From: the human T2T-CHM13v2.0 reference genome, Homo sapiens | Reading direction: 5' to 3' (one strand) | DNA length: 64,000 nt | Assembly (NCBI RefSeq): GCF_009914755.1 | Contig: NC_060936.1 | Shown here: in pieces, positions 1-14,603 of the stretch | Layout of the letters: every line of letters starts with the position of its first letter | How positions within the stretch are numbered: position 1 is the stretch's first letter | Program-made: the position numbers and the translations under genes | Notes under the pieces: model-generated | Seen by the model: only the letters and a program-made list of their open reading frames with translations | Databases searched by the model: none | Told to the model about the DNA's origin: nothing

Positions 1-179
1 CTGGCCGCTGCAGACCCCAGGCTGCTCCAGCAAAAGAATTCTGCCTCGTGGTAATGACCTGATCGTGCAAAAATGCAAATAAGGTGGACAGTGGTCAAGG
101 GTGAAGACAGATTCATTTCATCGACCTTGGAAATCCAAGAACATAGTCCTGAAGGATGTGAAAGAGAGGTTGGTAAGCA

Positions 180-520
180 CCAAGCCAGCTTCTCCTCTCT
201 AAGCCCACAGCCAGGCCTCCCGTTTTCATGGCCTGTCAGGTACATGTAGCCACGTGACCAAGTTCCAGCCAAGGGCATTTGGGCAAAAGCAATGCCCACT
301 TCCAGGATTGTAAAAATGTCCTACATAACCCTGCGCACTCTCATTTCCTATCTACCAGCTGGATGTGAAGGATGGCAGAGCCCCAAAGGGAGCCCAGCTC
401 GTCACCTTTCCCACGGAAGGCTCCCCAATGAACACTGGACTTCCTGTGCCCAACAAGTGTACATTTATCCTGTTAAGCATCTGAGATTTCCGGGTTGGTG
501 TGGTACAACAGTTAGTGTTC
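180..520 (+). mobile_element. Old MaLR LTR (MLT1J/K-like)
   Basis: Contains ccacgtgaccaagttccagccaa and the tgttaagcatctgagattt...gttggt 3' motif. Confidence 0.55.
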
Positions 521-679
521 CGTACCTTGACCCAAACAAAGGGGAAGAATACGATTTAGGTAACCAAAGTTCCCCAGAGCCTGTACGTTTGAGGATGAAA
601 GAGAACAGCTGGGTGAGGATGCACTGGTGCAAGGTAGGTCAGTGTCAGGTAATAAAAAATGAGATTACACGATTTAAGA

Positions 680-1330
<651 letters not shown>

Positions 1331-2566
1331 TTGACTTTTTAAAAAGTATTTGGAAGAGGAATAATGAAATAAAACTGGCAGACAATGACAATGACTGGAT
1401 CTGGGTAACGTACAGATCCGTTTTTCCATTCTACTTTCATACATGTATGGAAATTTCAATCATAAAAACTTTTTACATTTTGAGAAAAATAACTGTTGTA
1501 CATCAGCCATGTACCAATCTGAAATTTCTGCTTGAAAGAAATCTGAAAAAAATCAAACATCCGGGACTGAGAAAAAACTAGCCCCCATTCTCCTAGTCTT
1601 CTCGTGTCCGAATAAAATTCAGAGCAGTCCAGGCAAAATGGTGTTGGAATTACACTTACATTCTTGCAAGAGACAGTGAGGAGACAGTCAAAGAACCATA
1701 TTGACGATTTCTGGGTCTGCACCTGCAGGCTCTGACACTTCCAGTGTCTAATGGAGCAATCTGCAATGTCCTGCTTCTCCTGGAAAAACCAATTTCCAAC
1801 CTTTGCTCCTTAGCAATCTGAGAGTCCCTTAAGAGTGTGATTCAAAGGCTCTGTAGAACAGAAATAGGCCATTTAATTCTATAAAATGGATGTTAACTAA
1901 AATGATGGAAACCTTCTGTGAAAAGTGGGTTTTGCCCCTTTTCCAAGGTGACACGGGTAGGAAAAAAGACCTAATTCTAGGCACGAGTACGGTCACCCTG
2001 TCAGCTCAGCACACAGAGAAAACCCCCGCTGACAGTTTGCAGATGACACATGAAGACTGAAATCAGTGCCTCCCAGCAATTCTCCAGCTCTCCCTGTCTG
2101 AAATGCAAGCCTCCTTGAGTTTTCTTTGCTGTAATACAGTCAAGAGTTTGAAAAGCAGAATTAAAATGAATCTTCCTCAAACCCATGCAAAGGGGCATCA
2201 GGTGCTAATTCCGGAGGCATCAAAGATTTGAAATAGGCCCTGGAAGGGACTCATTTTCTGAGCAGCACACTCAGCCTGCATAGATCTGAATCGAAGCAGT
2301 CTGCACAGATGTCCCTTCTGGCAAATAAAATGGATAAATTCACCTTAAAATGTGGCTCTTCATGCACTTAGATTTCACTTAGGTAGAGAATGTCAGAAAT
2401 TTCATTTTCTTCTGAGAATGTATATTTATCCTCACCAAAGTAACCCTACTTTCAGACATCTTTTCCCAACAAATCATGTCCATCACAGCAAAATTATTCT
2501 CTTATTTGTATAATTTTTGGTTTAAAAAATGTATCAAGTCTGAACTCTACATATGTTTTATGTTTT

Positions 2567-2864
<298 letters not shown>

Positions 2865-3210
2865 CGTTTTATGTTTTAACCCTTAGCCATATTAGTTTGG
2901 GGGACTTTCTCATGTAGGATTTGTATTGCAGTTCATTATAACAGAGCTGAGATTTTTCTGTTAAATTCTGATTGTTTTCAGCATGTATGTTTTGGATCCT
3001 GAATAAAGTTTACTCTATTTTTGTTTCCTCTCAACAGCATCTAGAAAATGGATAATATGATTGTCTTTAGAGCCAAATAAGCTTTACTACCAGTAAGGAG
3101 TAAGAAATGCAGAGAAAACACAGTGAGATGACAGTGGAAGAATTTAAATCACAAGTAGAAGCAGCAGCAAGAAAAGGGATACAAATCTTATTGAAAATTA
3201 TTGTATACAT

Positions 3211-3580
3211 TACTGCAGCCATAAAAAAATGAGTTCATGTCCTTTGCAGGGGCATGGATGAAGCTGAAAGTCATCATTGTCAGCAAACTAACATAGGAAC
3301 AGAAAACCATACACCACATGTTCTCACTCATAAGTGGGAATTGAACAATGAGAACACATGGAGACAGATTGGGGAACATCACACACCGGGGCCTGTCGGG
3401 GGGTGGGGGGCAAGGGGAGGGAGAGCATTAGGACAAATATCTAATGCAGGCAGGGTTTAAAACCTAGATGATGGGTTGATGGGTGCAGCAAACCACCAAG
3501 GCACATGTATACCTATGTAACAAACCGGCACATTCTGCACATGTATCCCAGAACTTAAAATTAAAAACCTAAAAATAAAA
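3211..3580 (+). mobile_element. 5'-truncated L1PA 3' end
   Basis: ORF2 end and 3'UTR (catgttctcactcataagtggga...tatcccagaacttaaa). Flanking repeat aaattattgtatacattac/aaattatcgtgtatgttac. Confidence 0.9.
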
Positions 3581-3644
3581 TTATCGTGTATGTTACAAAA
3601 GGAATCTGGAATTCAACTATTTCATTCCATGATAAGAAGGAAAA

Positions 3645-3870
3645 GTTTCCTCAGGGCAATGATTTCCAATGAGGATGGTGTGGCCCCAGGGGACAGTTGG
3701 TAATGTCTGGAGACATTTTTGGTTGTCAGGACTCAAGGGGGAGAAAGTAGTGGGTGGATTCCAGCAACGCTGCCTAATATCCTACAGTGCTCCAAACACA
3801 CCCACACACAGACACAACCAGGAATTATCCAGTCCCAGATGTCAGTGGTGCCGAGGTTGAGAAGCCCTGT
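3645..3870 (+). mobile_element. MER20 (hAT-Charlie)
   Basis: aatgtctggagacatttttggttgtc...gaggttgagaagccctg. Confidence 0.8.
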
Positions 3871-4029
3871 GCTGGGATGGACTTGCAGGGAAAAACTTAA
3901 CCATAGAGTCTGAGATCCATGACCATGAGTGAAAAACAGTGACATTTTCACATCAGCAAACTCGGGCTCTCTTAACACACAGAGAATCTTCCGGTGCCTT
4001 CAAATTTGTCATGGCCTTTGGCTTTAAAT

Positions 4030-4260
4030 TAATCAAATCTTTCAGTCAACAGACACTTAGTGTGTGCTATGTGCCCAGCACTACACACTGTGGCCTCGAG
4101 AATATGCAAGGAAGACAAGGTCCCTGCTCACACAGAGCTCAGAAGGAGACCACAATGGCCAAAGCACAAAGGAGGCAAACCGCTGAATTTCAGGCAGTGT
4201 TAAGCTCTAGCAAAAATTAAACCACATCAAGATGATGGGGGCAGGGAGGAATGCTACTTG
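4030..4260. mobile_element. L2 3' fragment
   Basis: caacagacacttagtgtgtgctatgtgcccagcact motif. Confidence 0.55.
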
Positions 4261-4281
4261 AGATGTAGTAGTAGTACTTGA

Positions 4282-4960
4282 TATCTACCTGTCTGTCAGT
4301 CTGTCTGTCTACCTATTTATCTATCTATCTATCTAATCTATCATCTATCTATGTATCTATTCATCTAATCATATCTATCATCTATCTAATTTAATCTATC
4401 ATCTCTCCATCTGTCTGTGTTAGTCTGTTTTGCGTTGCTATAAAGGAATACCTGACACTGGGTAGTTTATAAAGACGATAGGTTTATTTGGCTCACGGTT
4501 CTGCAGGCTGTGCAGACATGGTACCAGCATCGGCTTGGCTTCAAAGCTTTTGCTTACAGAGGAGGGGGAAGGGAGCCAGTGTTTCACATGGCGAGAGCGG
4601 GAGGCACCAGACTCTTTTAAACAATCAGCTCTTGTGTGAACGAACAGAGTGAGAACTCACTTATTACTGCGGGGAGGGCACCAAGCCATTCATAAAGGAT
4701 CTAACCCCATGACTGAAACATCTCCCTCTAGGCCCCACCTCCAACATTGTGAGTCACATCTTAACAGGAGATTTAGAGGGGACAAACATCCAAACTGTAT
4801 CACTATCTATCATCTCTCTATGTAATCTATCATCATCTATCTATGTTTATCATCTATCTACCTAATCTATCTTTCTATGCATCCATGTTTCCATCCATCT
4901 ACTCACTCACCCACACATCCATCCATCCACCCATCTACCTATCCATTCAACTATCCTATC
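4282..4960. repeat. Degenerate (TCTA)n/(TCCA)n microsatellite split by an MST LTR
   Basis: TCTA/TCCA runs at 4282-4415 and 4803-4960. Confidence 0.9.
4416..4802 (-). mobile_element. MST (MSTB-like) solo LTR
   Basis: tgtgttagtctg...aaactgtatca; 5-bp TSD ctgtc/ctatc. Confidence 0.85.
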
Positions 4961-5136
4961 CCGCCTTTTGCACTTCACTTTTTTCCACCTAATGTTTTAG
5001 AAAATTTACATATCAGAATAGCTATATAGTATTCTGTGAATAGTATCATGTGAATGTACATAACCGAAGTCCCTTTATGGATCACTTTGGTGATTTGCTG
5101 ATTTTGCCCTATTATCTTCTGGCATTGAATGACAGT

Positions 5137-5505
5137 TAATACGGTTGGGCTGTGACCCCACCCAAATCTCATCTTGAATTGTAACTCCCACAATTCCCAC
5201 ATGTCATGAGAGGAACCTGGTGGGAGGTGAATGAATTATTGGGGCAGGTCTTTCCTGTGCTGTTCTCTTAATAGTGAATGAGTCTCACGAGATCTGATGG
5301 TTTTAAAACGAGGAGTTTCCCTCCACAAGCTCTCTCTTTGTCTCCCACCATCCACATAAGACGTGACTTGCTCCTCCTTGCCTTTGCCGTGATCATGAGG
5401 CCTCCCCAACCATGTGGAACTGGGAGTCCAGTTAAACCTCTTTCTCTTCTAAATTGCCTAGTCTCAGGTACAACTTTATCAGTGGCATGAGAACAGACTG
5501 ATACA
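5137..5505 (+). mobile_element. THE1 solo LTR
   Basis: taatacggttgggctgtgaccccacccaaatctc...gactgataca; perfect TSD acagt. Confidence 0.9.
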
Positions 5506-5679
5506 ACAGTGAATGTTGCTGTGAAGAGGTCTAAAGCCAGCATGGATTTCTATCTCTGGTAAGTGACAACTGACTTGGTTTTTCTTTCCAAACTTTAAAA
5601 ATTTTGACATGTATTATATAAAAATAAACACACACAAACACAAGAACACACATACGTATATACGTATTAGAACATTAAC

Positions 5680-7400
5680 AGAAATTCCATATCATATATG
5701 AACAGTTTAAAGGACAACAATAAACATCCCATGAACTTAGCACCCAGGTGAGAACTAGAACACGTTTAGTATTCTGATGTCCCTGCGTGACCCTCCCCAG
5801 TAACACCCTTCATCCTCCTTACTGGCTTCCTGTCCTAAATTTTCTAGTGATTTTGTCTTTTTTTTTTTTTTTCTATAGTTTTACCTAAATGAGCATATTG
5901 GTCCATTATCCATGAACATTATATTGTTAGTTTAATGCACATTTGTATCTTTATATAAATGTATTTTCTGCAAATTTTAATTAAATATTATAATACAGAG
6001 ATTGCTCATTGATGTGTCTAGCTGTAACTGAATTATTTTCACAAACATGTAAGAATTCTATTGTAGGAATATGTCAAAATTTATTTATCCAGTACCTTCT
6101 CAATGGTCATTTTGGCCATTTTCAGTATTTGTTGATATAAACAGTGCTTCTACGAATATTTAAGTATATCTTTTGGTGAACAAGTGTAAGAGTTTCTCTC
6201 AGACACCTTAGAAGTGGAAATATGGGGTCATATCACCAGGTCATTCCCAATTATTTTCTGGAAGAGTTGTACCATTTGTTTCTCCTACCAGCAATAATAT
6301 TATGGTTTCCTTTTTCCACATCCTCAACAACTTATCTTGCTATTATCAGATTGCTTAATTTTGGCAATATGGTAATTATAACATTGAAGCATTATGGTTT
6401 CAATTTGTATTTACCTGATTACGAATGGGATGCAGTACATTTTTATATAGTTGTTGGCTATTTTTGTTTTCGTTTATAAAATGTCTGTTCATATTTTTTG
6501 CCCATTTTTATATTTGGCTATTTGCTTTGAATTATAGGTTATTTATTTGAACAACAGCCATTCTTCATACATACTGCATTCTAATTGTTGGTTTATTTAT
6601 TACAAATACCATCCCTAAACTTACGGTTTGTCTTTGATTTAAAAAGGGCTTATTTTAAAAATGTAGTCAAATTTATTAATTTTCCTTCAGTGCTCAGTGT
6701 TTTGGTAGATTAAGAAAGTCTAAATCCTTTTCTCTCAGAGGATATAAAGATATCCTTTGGTATTTTCTTCTACACTGATTTACTTTTTCCTTTTAATGCC
6801 CAATTGATATGACATCAATGCCTATAAATGGCATGAAGCAGGAATCTCATCCCTTTTTTCTCATTTGGATAATTAGTACTCTAGTGTCATTTTTGAAAAA
6901 TATATTTTTTCTCACTGATCTGCAATAGTAGCTTCGTTATACAAAATCTCACATTTTCATAGGTCTGTTTTTGGGCTTTTTCTGTTCATTTGTTATTTAT
7001 CTATTGTATTCCAGTATCATACTATTTTAATTTCTATTATTTTATAAAAAATTATAACCCATCTATATATTTTTCTCTTTAGTGTCGTATCCATTAACAG
7101 CCCTTTGATCTTCATATAAATTTAAAAATTAACTTGTCAAGTTCCCTAAAAAACCTAGTTTTTTTTGTTGTTGTTGTTGGAGTTACATTGGCTCTATGGA
7201 TTAACTGGAGGTAAACTGACACTTTTGTGTCATTATGCATTTCTATCCCTGAACATGGTATATCCATTTCTTTAATTTTTTGTGAATGTTTATTCAACCT
7301 GAATTATTAGCAAATTATTTATTTTTAAAATGTTATAATCAAGATATGTTTTGTATTAATATTTTGTCATAAATTATTTTTCTATAACACAGGATACCCC
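5680..7400 (-). mobile_element. Ancient L1M/L1ME 3' and ORF2 remnant
   Basis: T-rich antisense L1 motifs; ORF 7112..7297 resembles the L1 ORF2 C-terminal region (DIPCSGI...LDKLIFKFI). Confidence 0.75.
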
Positions 7401-9254
7401 TTCAATCTATAGATTTAGCTCTTCCTTAATATAGCAAAATCAAAGAAATAAAAAACAAAAATCCAAAAACTTTTATTCGTAAATATATTTTTTATTTTCT
7501 TTCTGGGATTCTCAGCTCCAAGGTCAGAATGTATTCCTATATTGGATCATCTCTGTTATTTGTGTCTGTCACCTTCTTTCTAATTCTTTTAATCCCTTTG
7601 CCTTTTTGCTTAAATTAACCAAGATTATCTCAAATTTTCTTTATGTCAATAATTCTATTTTTCACCAATGGCTATTCCTCAGTTTCAGTTTTTCTTTGGC
7701 ACTGTTTTAGTCCTCAATGCATGTACTGGCTCTTTGATCTACTTTACTATCTCCTTCTTTGTTTTCTATCTTTGAACTTTCAGTTTATTAAATTTATATT
7801 TTAAAAAAAAATTCCACCCACTCTAAGAAGTTGCTTTTTTGTTTTTCTTTCAAAATCAATTATTTTTGTCTCTTATATGCTTTGCAGTTCTTCCTTCCTT
7901 CCTTTCTCTCAGCAATATATTTATATAAATGGGCTGCCATCTTCATTTTCTCCTGGTTCATGCTCAACTTGAACAACTCTGCTCAGAATTTCTTTTTATG
8001 CTGGTATAATGTGTATAAATTGCACTTGTCCATGCTTTATCTTGCAAAACATGTATCAACACCGTCAATTATACTGTTTTACTGTTTGGTATAACTAAGT
8101 GCTATTCTCCCTTTCTGTAATGTTTTCAAATGTTCTGTGCCTGAGTTCACTCAACTCTGTGTGTGCCCATGTGCTGAGAAGGGGAATGGAAATAAGGGCA
8201 AAAGGTTAGTATTATATTTCTTCCACGTGCTTGGATAATCTTGGGCTTCAGATTATCATTCCAATTTATCTCTCTGTCTCAGATCCCTGCTTTTGATAGA
8301 GAAATACATCCTTGGATGATCTCTTTTTTTATTATCAATCCTACAACTACCCAAAAAGATAAAAGGGAAAAGAAATATAAAAATTGATTTCTCACCTTTG
8401 CATAACAAGTTCACAGAGTAGAAAGAAAAATATTACCTGTTCCCTCTGTGTTCTTTTTCCACTCCCTCTGGGTCTTTCCAAAGTTTGTATCATATTTATT
8501 ATGTCTTCTGTTTGACTATACTCATTTCTGAATGCTTATGATCCATCTGCCTTTGATCGCAGCTGGGATTGACACAATGACAAGCCCAGTGATTGTCTCT
8601 GCCTCTGGCATAAGATAGAGTCAATCAGAAAAGAAAATATCTCCTCAAACTGTTATACCCTCATAGCCAAGTCAGGGAACAGGACCCATCCCAGATAACT
8701 GACAAGAAGAACTTTAGTATCGGTAAGTAGTTACAGAGGTGCTGGAATTGCTGAAACAGCAACTAGAGGATGGTGACGCAGCCCAAGTATGAATAAACAC
8801 AGGAAGCCTCTGTTCTTAGGGTCAGAAGGACAAAGCAAAGAGGTTGTGTTAAAAGAGGCCAAGAGTAAGGTCTTCATGTAGGAACTGGAAAATTGGAGGC
8901 ATGGCAAGGGCTACCTGGTGGGAGCTGGACCCACAGGTGGAGGAACAATTTGGCATGAGTAGGGACTGTGGCATGAGAGAGGAGAGAATTATCCTGACTC
9001 CACCCCTTTTCCAACCCACAAGTTTCCTATCAGTGGCTTCAATTGACCAAATGTAATCAAAAGCCAGAGCTGGGTGATGTAGAGAACCTGTGAAATGTAG
9101 ATTGCAGAGGTGTACTCAGTGAAAAGCACAGCACAGCAGGGTAAGGGTAGAAAATAGATTGAAGACAGACCACCAGCTGGTGTATCTACTCTCATCTGTC
9201 TTCTTGCAAGTGGGGCTGATTAGTGACACTTTTCATGACTACTGTTTATTTATC

Positions 9255-9800
9255 ACTACTTATCTATTGCTGCTTCAAAAGCTACTATGAAACCCAGTGG
9301 TTTAAAATGCCACAGCTTTATTCTATATCATAATTTTGTGTAGCAGGTATATGGGCAGGGCTCAGTTGGGAGATTCTTCTGCTACACATGGAGCTTGACG
9401 GAGGTCACTTGGTGGTATTGAGTTGCTGGATGGTCTGGTTTAAAGGATCAAAGACAGTCTTACCCAAGTGTCTGGTTGCCTGACAGGAGAGGCTGGAAGA
9501 CAGCTCACCTGGTTCCTCTTCCTCTCCATGTAGTCTCAGAGTCTCTTACATGGTCTCCCAGAAAAACAGCTGGATTTCTAATATGCTGGCTCAGAGTTCC
9601 AAGACCAAGTGATCCTGGAGATGCTGGGAAAAAGTCAAAGCTTCCTTTGATCTATCCTCAGAAGCTCCAGATCATCACTTCTGCTACAGTCCACTGGGTA
9701 AGCAATTCACTAAGGCCAGTACAAATTCAAGAGCAGGGGATCAGAACCCACATCTCAACAGTTAGAGAGGGTCAAAGAATATGCAACTATCTCCAATCCA
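9255..9800 (-). mobile_element. MLT1F/G/H-like LTR
   Basis: tatctattgctgc...gggcagggctcagttggg...catcacttctgc...caaattcaagag. Confidence 0.65.
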
Positions 9801-10641
9801 ACACACTCTCATCCCACCTTGCATGAGGCCTTGAGTGGGAGGGGACTCTGCAGCTGTGATTGGATGCACTGAGCTGATTTTTGGAAACATCTGTCTCACT
9901 ATTTAGCTGACTCCCTCCCCCAGTCTTTGTTGATGCTAATGTGTTTTTCACTTAAAAAAATCAGTTTACTTTTTATACCTTCAGATTTGAAGGAGGGACG
10001 GGAAGGTTACATCTCACTTTGCTCTGCTATCTTGCACTAGAATGTGCTGAGTTAGGTGTTTCCCTGAGTTATCAAAGAAAATGCCTCCTAAGCAGCTTTG
10101 ACCATGGTCCTCTTTTTGTTTCTTCTTTATAGTTTAAGTCAGAGGTAATCTGCTACTTGTCAACATCAGCCCTCTTGGAAAACGAATCAACACTGCTTAG
10201 TTTGAAATGGCCTTAAGTAATCTGTTCACATTTCAGCTGGTCCCTGATACATTTCTTGGTAGATGGAATTGATCATGTACTGAAGCAAATGTGGTGCCAC
10301 CAAGTGTGCTCAAGGTTCACCTTACTCTGTTTATACTCCACAACACCTGGACAAGGTAAGACCCCAGGAACTGAGGCCCAGTGAGCTTCAGTGACCCTCC
10401 CAAGTTGCATAAGTAGTGAAAGTGTCACGACAGGTGCCCAGAGCTGCAACTCTGTGACTCTGGGCTCTTCCTCATAAACCCCATGTGGTCCCCAGCAGGC
10501 AAACACAGCCCTTTTGTTTTGAAAATGCCATTTCTCCTGATAATTATTAGAGTGTAAAGTGCTTGGAAGGGTCACAGCAGTGTTTAATGGCCTTTGGATG
10601 TCACTGTAATTTGCAGTGACAAATAAGACTTGCAGATTTTG

Positions 10642-10914
<273 letters not shown>

Positions 10915-11309
10915 TTACAGATTTTGGTCATGGTAGATACAACTTCACTTGATCCGCTCTCAGAAGCGCTGACTTAAGTTGGCACCTTGTCCCTCCAATG
11001 CAAACACCACATGCTCATCCTCACAGCATCAGTCACTCAGGAAAGGCCCTGGCAGCGTGCTTTATTCACTGGTAATCCCCAGCACCAAGCTTAATCTTCA
11101 ACAAATATATGTTAAATAAAGAAAATATTTTAGTTAGCTCAGTCACTTTAGTGCTCTTAAAGAAAAAAAAAAAAGGAATCTCGCAGTATCAGTGACTGCC
11201 TTCCTATTTCGCATTTATGAAGAAGAATTTCCCAACACATGTGCTCTGGGGCTGCATGTTAGAAAGGGTAGGCTTTCAATATCTTAAATTAAATTCTCTT
11301 ATAAACTAT

Positions 11310-11490
11310 AGGGCCTCTGGCCAGTTGTTTAACCTTTTTTGTATTTCAGTTTGTGCCTCTTCTGAAAAATGTAAGTAATAATAGCACCTACATCATAGAA
11401 TTGTTTTGAGGATTAAATGTGCTTAAAAAATTAAGCACTTAGAACAGTGCTTGGCACAAATAGATATTTAATGAGTGCTGGCTATCATTA
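11310..11490 (+). mobile_element. MIR
   Basis: aataatagcacctacatcatagaattgttttgaggattaaatg...cttagaacagtgcttggcaca. Confidence 0.75.
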
Positions 11491-12181
11491 TTGCATTGAG
11501 CAATCTCATAAAATTTCCCAAACCAAGCCCATGATCCCTGCGTTCCTAAGAGTAACCCAGAAGTGGTACACAGAAAAATTAAACCTGGATGTGATGAGGG
11601 GATATGAAGACATTCCATCTACAACCTGGGTGGACATTCCCATGAGTGTCTACATGGACAGATGACATGTAGGACCCAAGCCCACCCCACTTCCTCCTTG
11701 CCATGCCACTATATAGTCTTCCACCACTCCCAACCCCTCACCAACCCAGAATGTAGTAATGCACCTGAGGTGGGGGCGAATTAAACTCTGATGACTGAGA
11801 CTGAGTTCTCTCACCAAACACACATCTATCCTTGCCCACTCGAATCTGCAGACCAGAATTCATACCAGCCATCATATTAGTATTCTACTGGATGCAGTGA
11901 TGACCCAAGAAGGAACCAAGGGCCTTTTCCCCTCAGTTGCTTTAAGTCTTGTTGAAAAGCAGACTATCAGGTAGACCTATAGTACAGGGTGAAGCTATGA
12001 TGAGCTACTCCTGCATAAATGAAAAGTCAACTCAAGGTTACAAAGTGCGAACGTCAATGACTGGATGTGGACATAGCCAAAGAAGACCATGAAGAACTTT
12101 AGTTGCAAAGCAACCTCTTCTGTCTATAAATCCCCCCAAATAATTATAATAATAATAAATTCCATTTAAACAAAAAAAGGC

Positions 12182-14603
12182 AGATATGGTTTGTCTGTGT
12201 CCCCACCCAAATCTCATCCTGAATTATAGTTTCCATAATCCCCATGTATCATCAGAAAGATCCAGTGGGAGATAATTGAATCGTGGGGGTAGTTACTCCC
12301 ATGCTTCTCTTCTAGTGATAGTGAGTGAGTTCTCATGAGATCTGATGGTTTTATAAGGGGCGTTTCCCCCTTTGCTTGGCACTTTTCCTTCCTGCCATCA
12401 TGTGAAAGAAGACATGTTTGCTTCCCCTTCCACCATAATTATAAGTTTCCTGAGGCCTCCCCAGCCCTGCAGAACTGTGAGTCAATTAAACGTCTTTCCT
12501 TTATAAATTACCCTGTCTCAGGTAGTTCTTTATAGCAGTGTGAGAATGGACTAATAGAATAAACTGGCACCACAGAGAGTGGGGTGCTGCTATAAAGATA
12601 TCTGAAAATGTGGAAGCTACTTTGCATCTGGGTAACAGATAGAGATTGGAAATGTTTGGAGGGCTCAGAAGAAGAACAGGAAAATGTTGGGAAGTTTGGA
12701 ACTTCCTAAAGAGTTGGAGGGCTCAGAAGACAGGAATATGTGGAAAAGTTTGGAACTTCCTAGAGCTTTATTGAATGCCTTTGACCAAAATGCTGACAGT
12801 GATATGGACAATGAAGTCCAAGCAGAGGTGGTCTCAGATGGAGATGAGGAATTTTTTGGGAACTGGAGTAAAAGTCACTCTTGCAATGCTTTAGCAAAGA
12901 GACTGGTGGCTGTTTTTCCCTGCCTTAGAGATCTGTGGATTGAGAGATTGAAATGATTTAGGGTATCTGGAAGAAGAAATTTCTAAGCAGCAACGTGTTC
13001 AAGAGGTGACTTGAGTGCTGTTAAAAGCATTTAGTTTTATGTATTCATGAAGATATGGTCTTGAATTGGAACTTATGTTTAAAGGGAAACAGCATAAAAG
13101 TTCAGAAAATCAATGACCTGAAGATACAATAGAAAATAAAAACCCATTTTCTGAGAAGAAATTTAAGCTGGCTACAGAAATTTGCCTAAGTAACGGGGAG
13201 CCAAATGTTAATCACCAAGACAATGGGAAAAAATGTCTCCATGTCAGAGACCTTCACAGTAGCCCTTCTGATCACATACATGGAGGCCTAGGAGGAAAAA
13301 ATGGTTTCTTGGGCTGGGCCCAGGGCCCCCCTACTGTATGCAGCCTAGGGAATTGGTACACTGCATTCCAGCCACTCTAGCCAGGGCTAAAAGGGGCCAA
13401 GGTACAGCTCAGGCCATGGCTTCAGATGGTAAAAGCCCCAAACCTTGGCAGATTCCACATGGTATTGAGCCTGCAGGTGCACAGAAGTCAAGAATTGAGG
13501 TTTGGGAACCTCTGCCTAGATTTCAGAGGATGTATGGAAATCCCTGGATGTCCAGGCAGAAGACTGCTACAGGGGCAGGGCCCTCATGGAGAACCTCTGA
13601 TAAGGCAGTGCAGAAGGAAATGTGGTGTTGAAGCCCCCACACAGAGTCCCCACTGGGGTACTGCCTAAAGGAGCTGTGAGAAGAGGGCCAACTGTCCCCC
13701 AGACCCTAGAAGAAGACCACCAACAGCTTCTGCCACATGCCCTGAAAAGCTGCAGACACAATGCCAGCCCATGAAAGCAGCTGGAAAGGAGGGTGTACCC
13801 TGCAAAGCCACAGGAACGGACCTACCCAAGGCCATAGGAGCCCACCTCTTGCATCAGTGTGATCTGGATGTAAGACATGGAGTCAAAGTAGATTATGTGG
13901 GAACTTCAAGATTAATTACCGCTTCATTGGATTTTGGACTTACATAGGGCCTGTAGCTCCTTTGTTTTGACCAGTTTCTCCCATTTGGAACAGGTGTATT
14001 TATCCAATGCCGGTACCTCCATTGTATCTAAGTAGTAACTAACTTGCTTTCGATTTTACAGGCTCCTAAGCAGAAAGGACTTGCCTTTTCTCAGATGAAA
14101 CTTTGAACTTGGACTTCTGGGTTAAAGCTAGAATGAGTTAAGACTTTGGGGGACACCGTTGGGAAGGCATGACTATGTTTTGAAGTGAGAGGACATGAGA
14201 TTTGGGAGAGGCCAGGGGTGGAATGATATGGTTTGGCTGTGTCCCCACCCAAATCTGATCTTGAATTGTAGTTCCCATGATCCCCACGTGTTGTGAGAGG
14301 GACCCGGTGGGAGTAAGTGAAACATGGCAGTGGTTACCCCCATGCCATGCTGCTATTCTCATGATAGTGAGTGAGTTCTCATGAGATCTGATGGTTTTAT
14401 AAGGGGCTTTTCCCCTTTGCTCAGCACTTCTCCTTCCAGCTTTCACATGAAGAAGGATGTGTTTGCTTCCCCTTCTGCCATGATTGTAGGTTTCCTGAGG
14501 CCTCCCCAGTCCTGCAGAACTGTGAGTCAATTAAACCTCTTTCCTTTATAAATTACCCGGTCTTGGGCAGTTCTTTATAGCAGCATGAGAACACACTAAT
14601 ACA
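12182..14603 (+). mobile_element. Full-length THE1 (MaLR) provirus: 5' LTR 12182-12558, internal region, 3' LTR 14224-14603
   Basis: Two THE1 LTRs flank ~1.65 kb of THE1-int. A polypurine tract precedes the 3' LTR. TSD is aaggc/aagac. The ORFs at 12684 and 13338 are THE1-int remnants. Confidence 0.93.
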
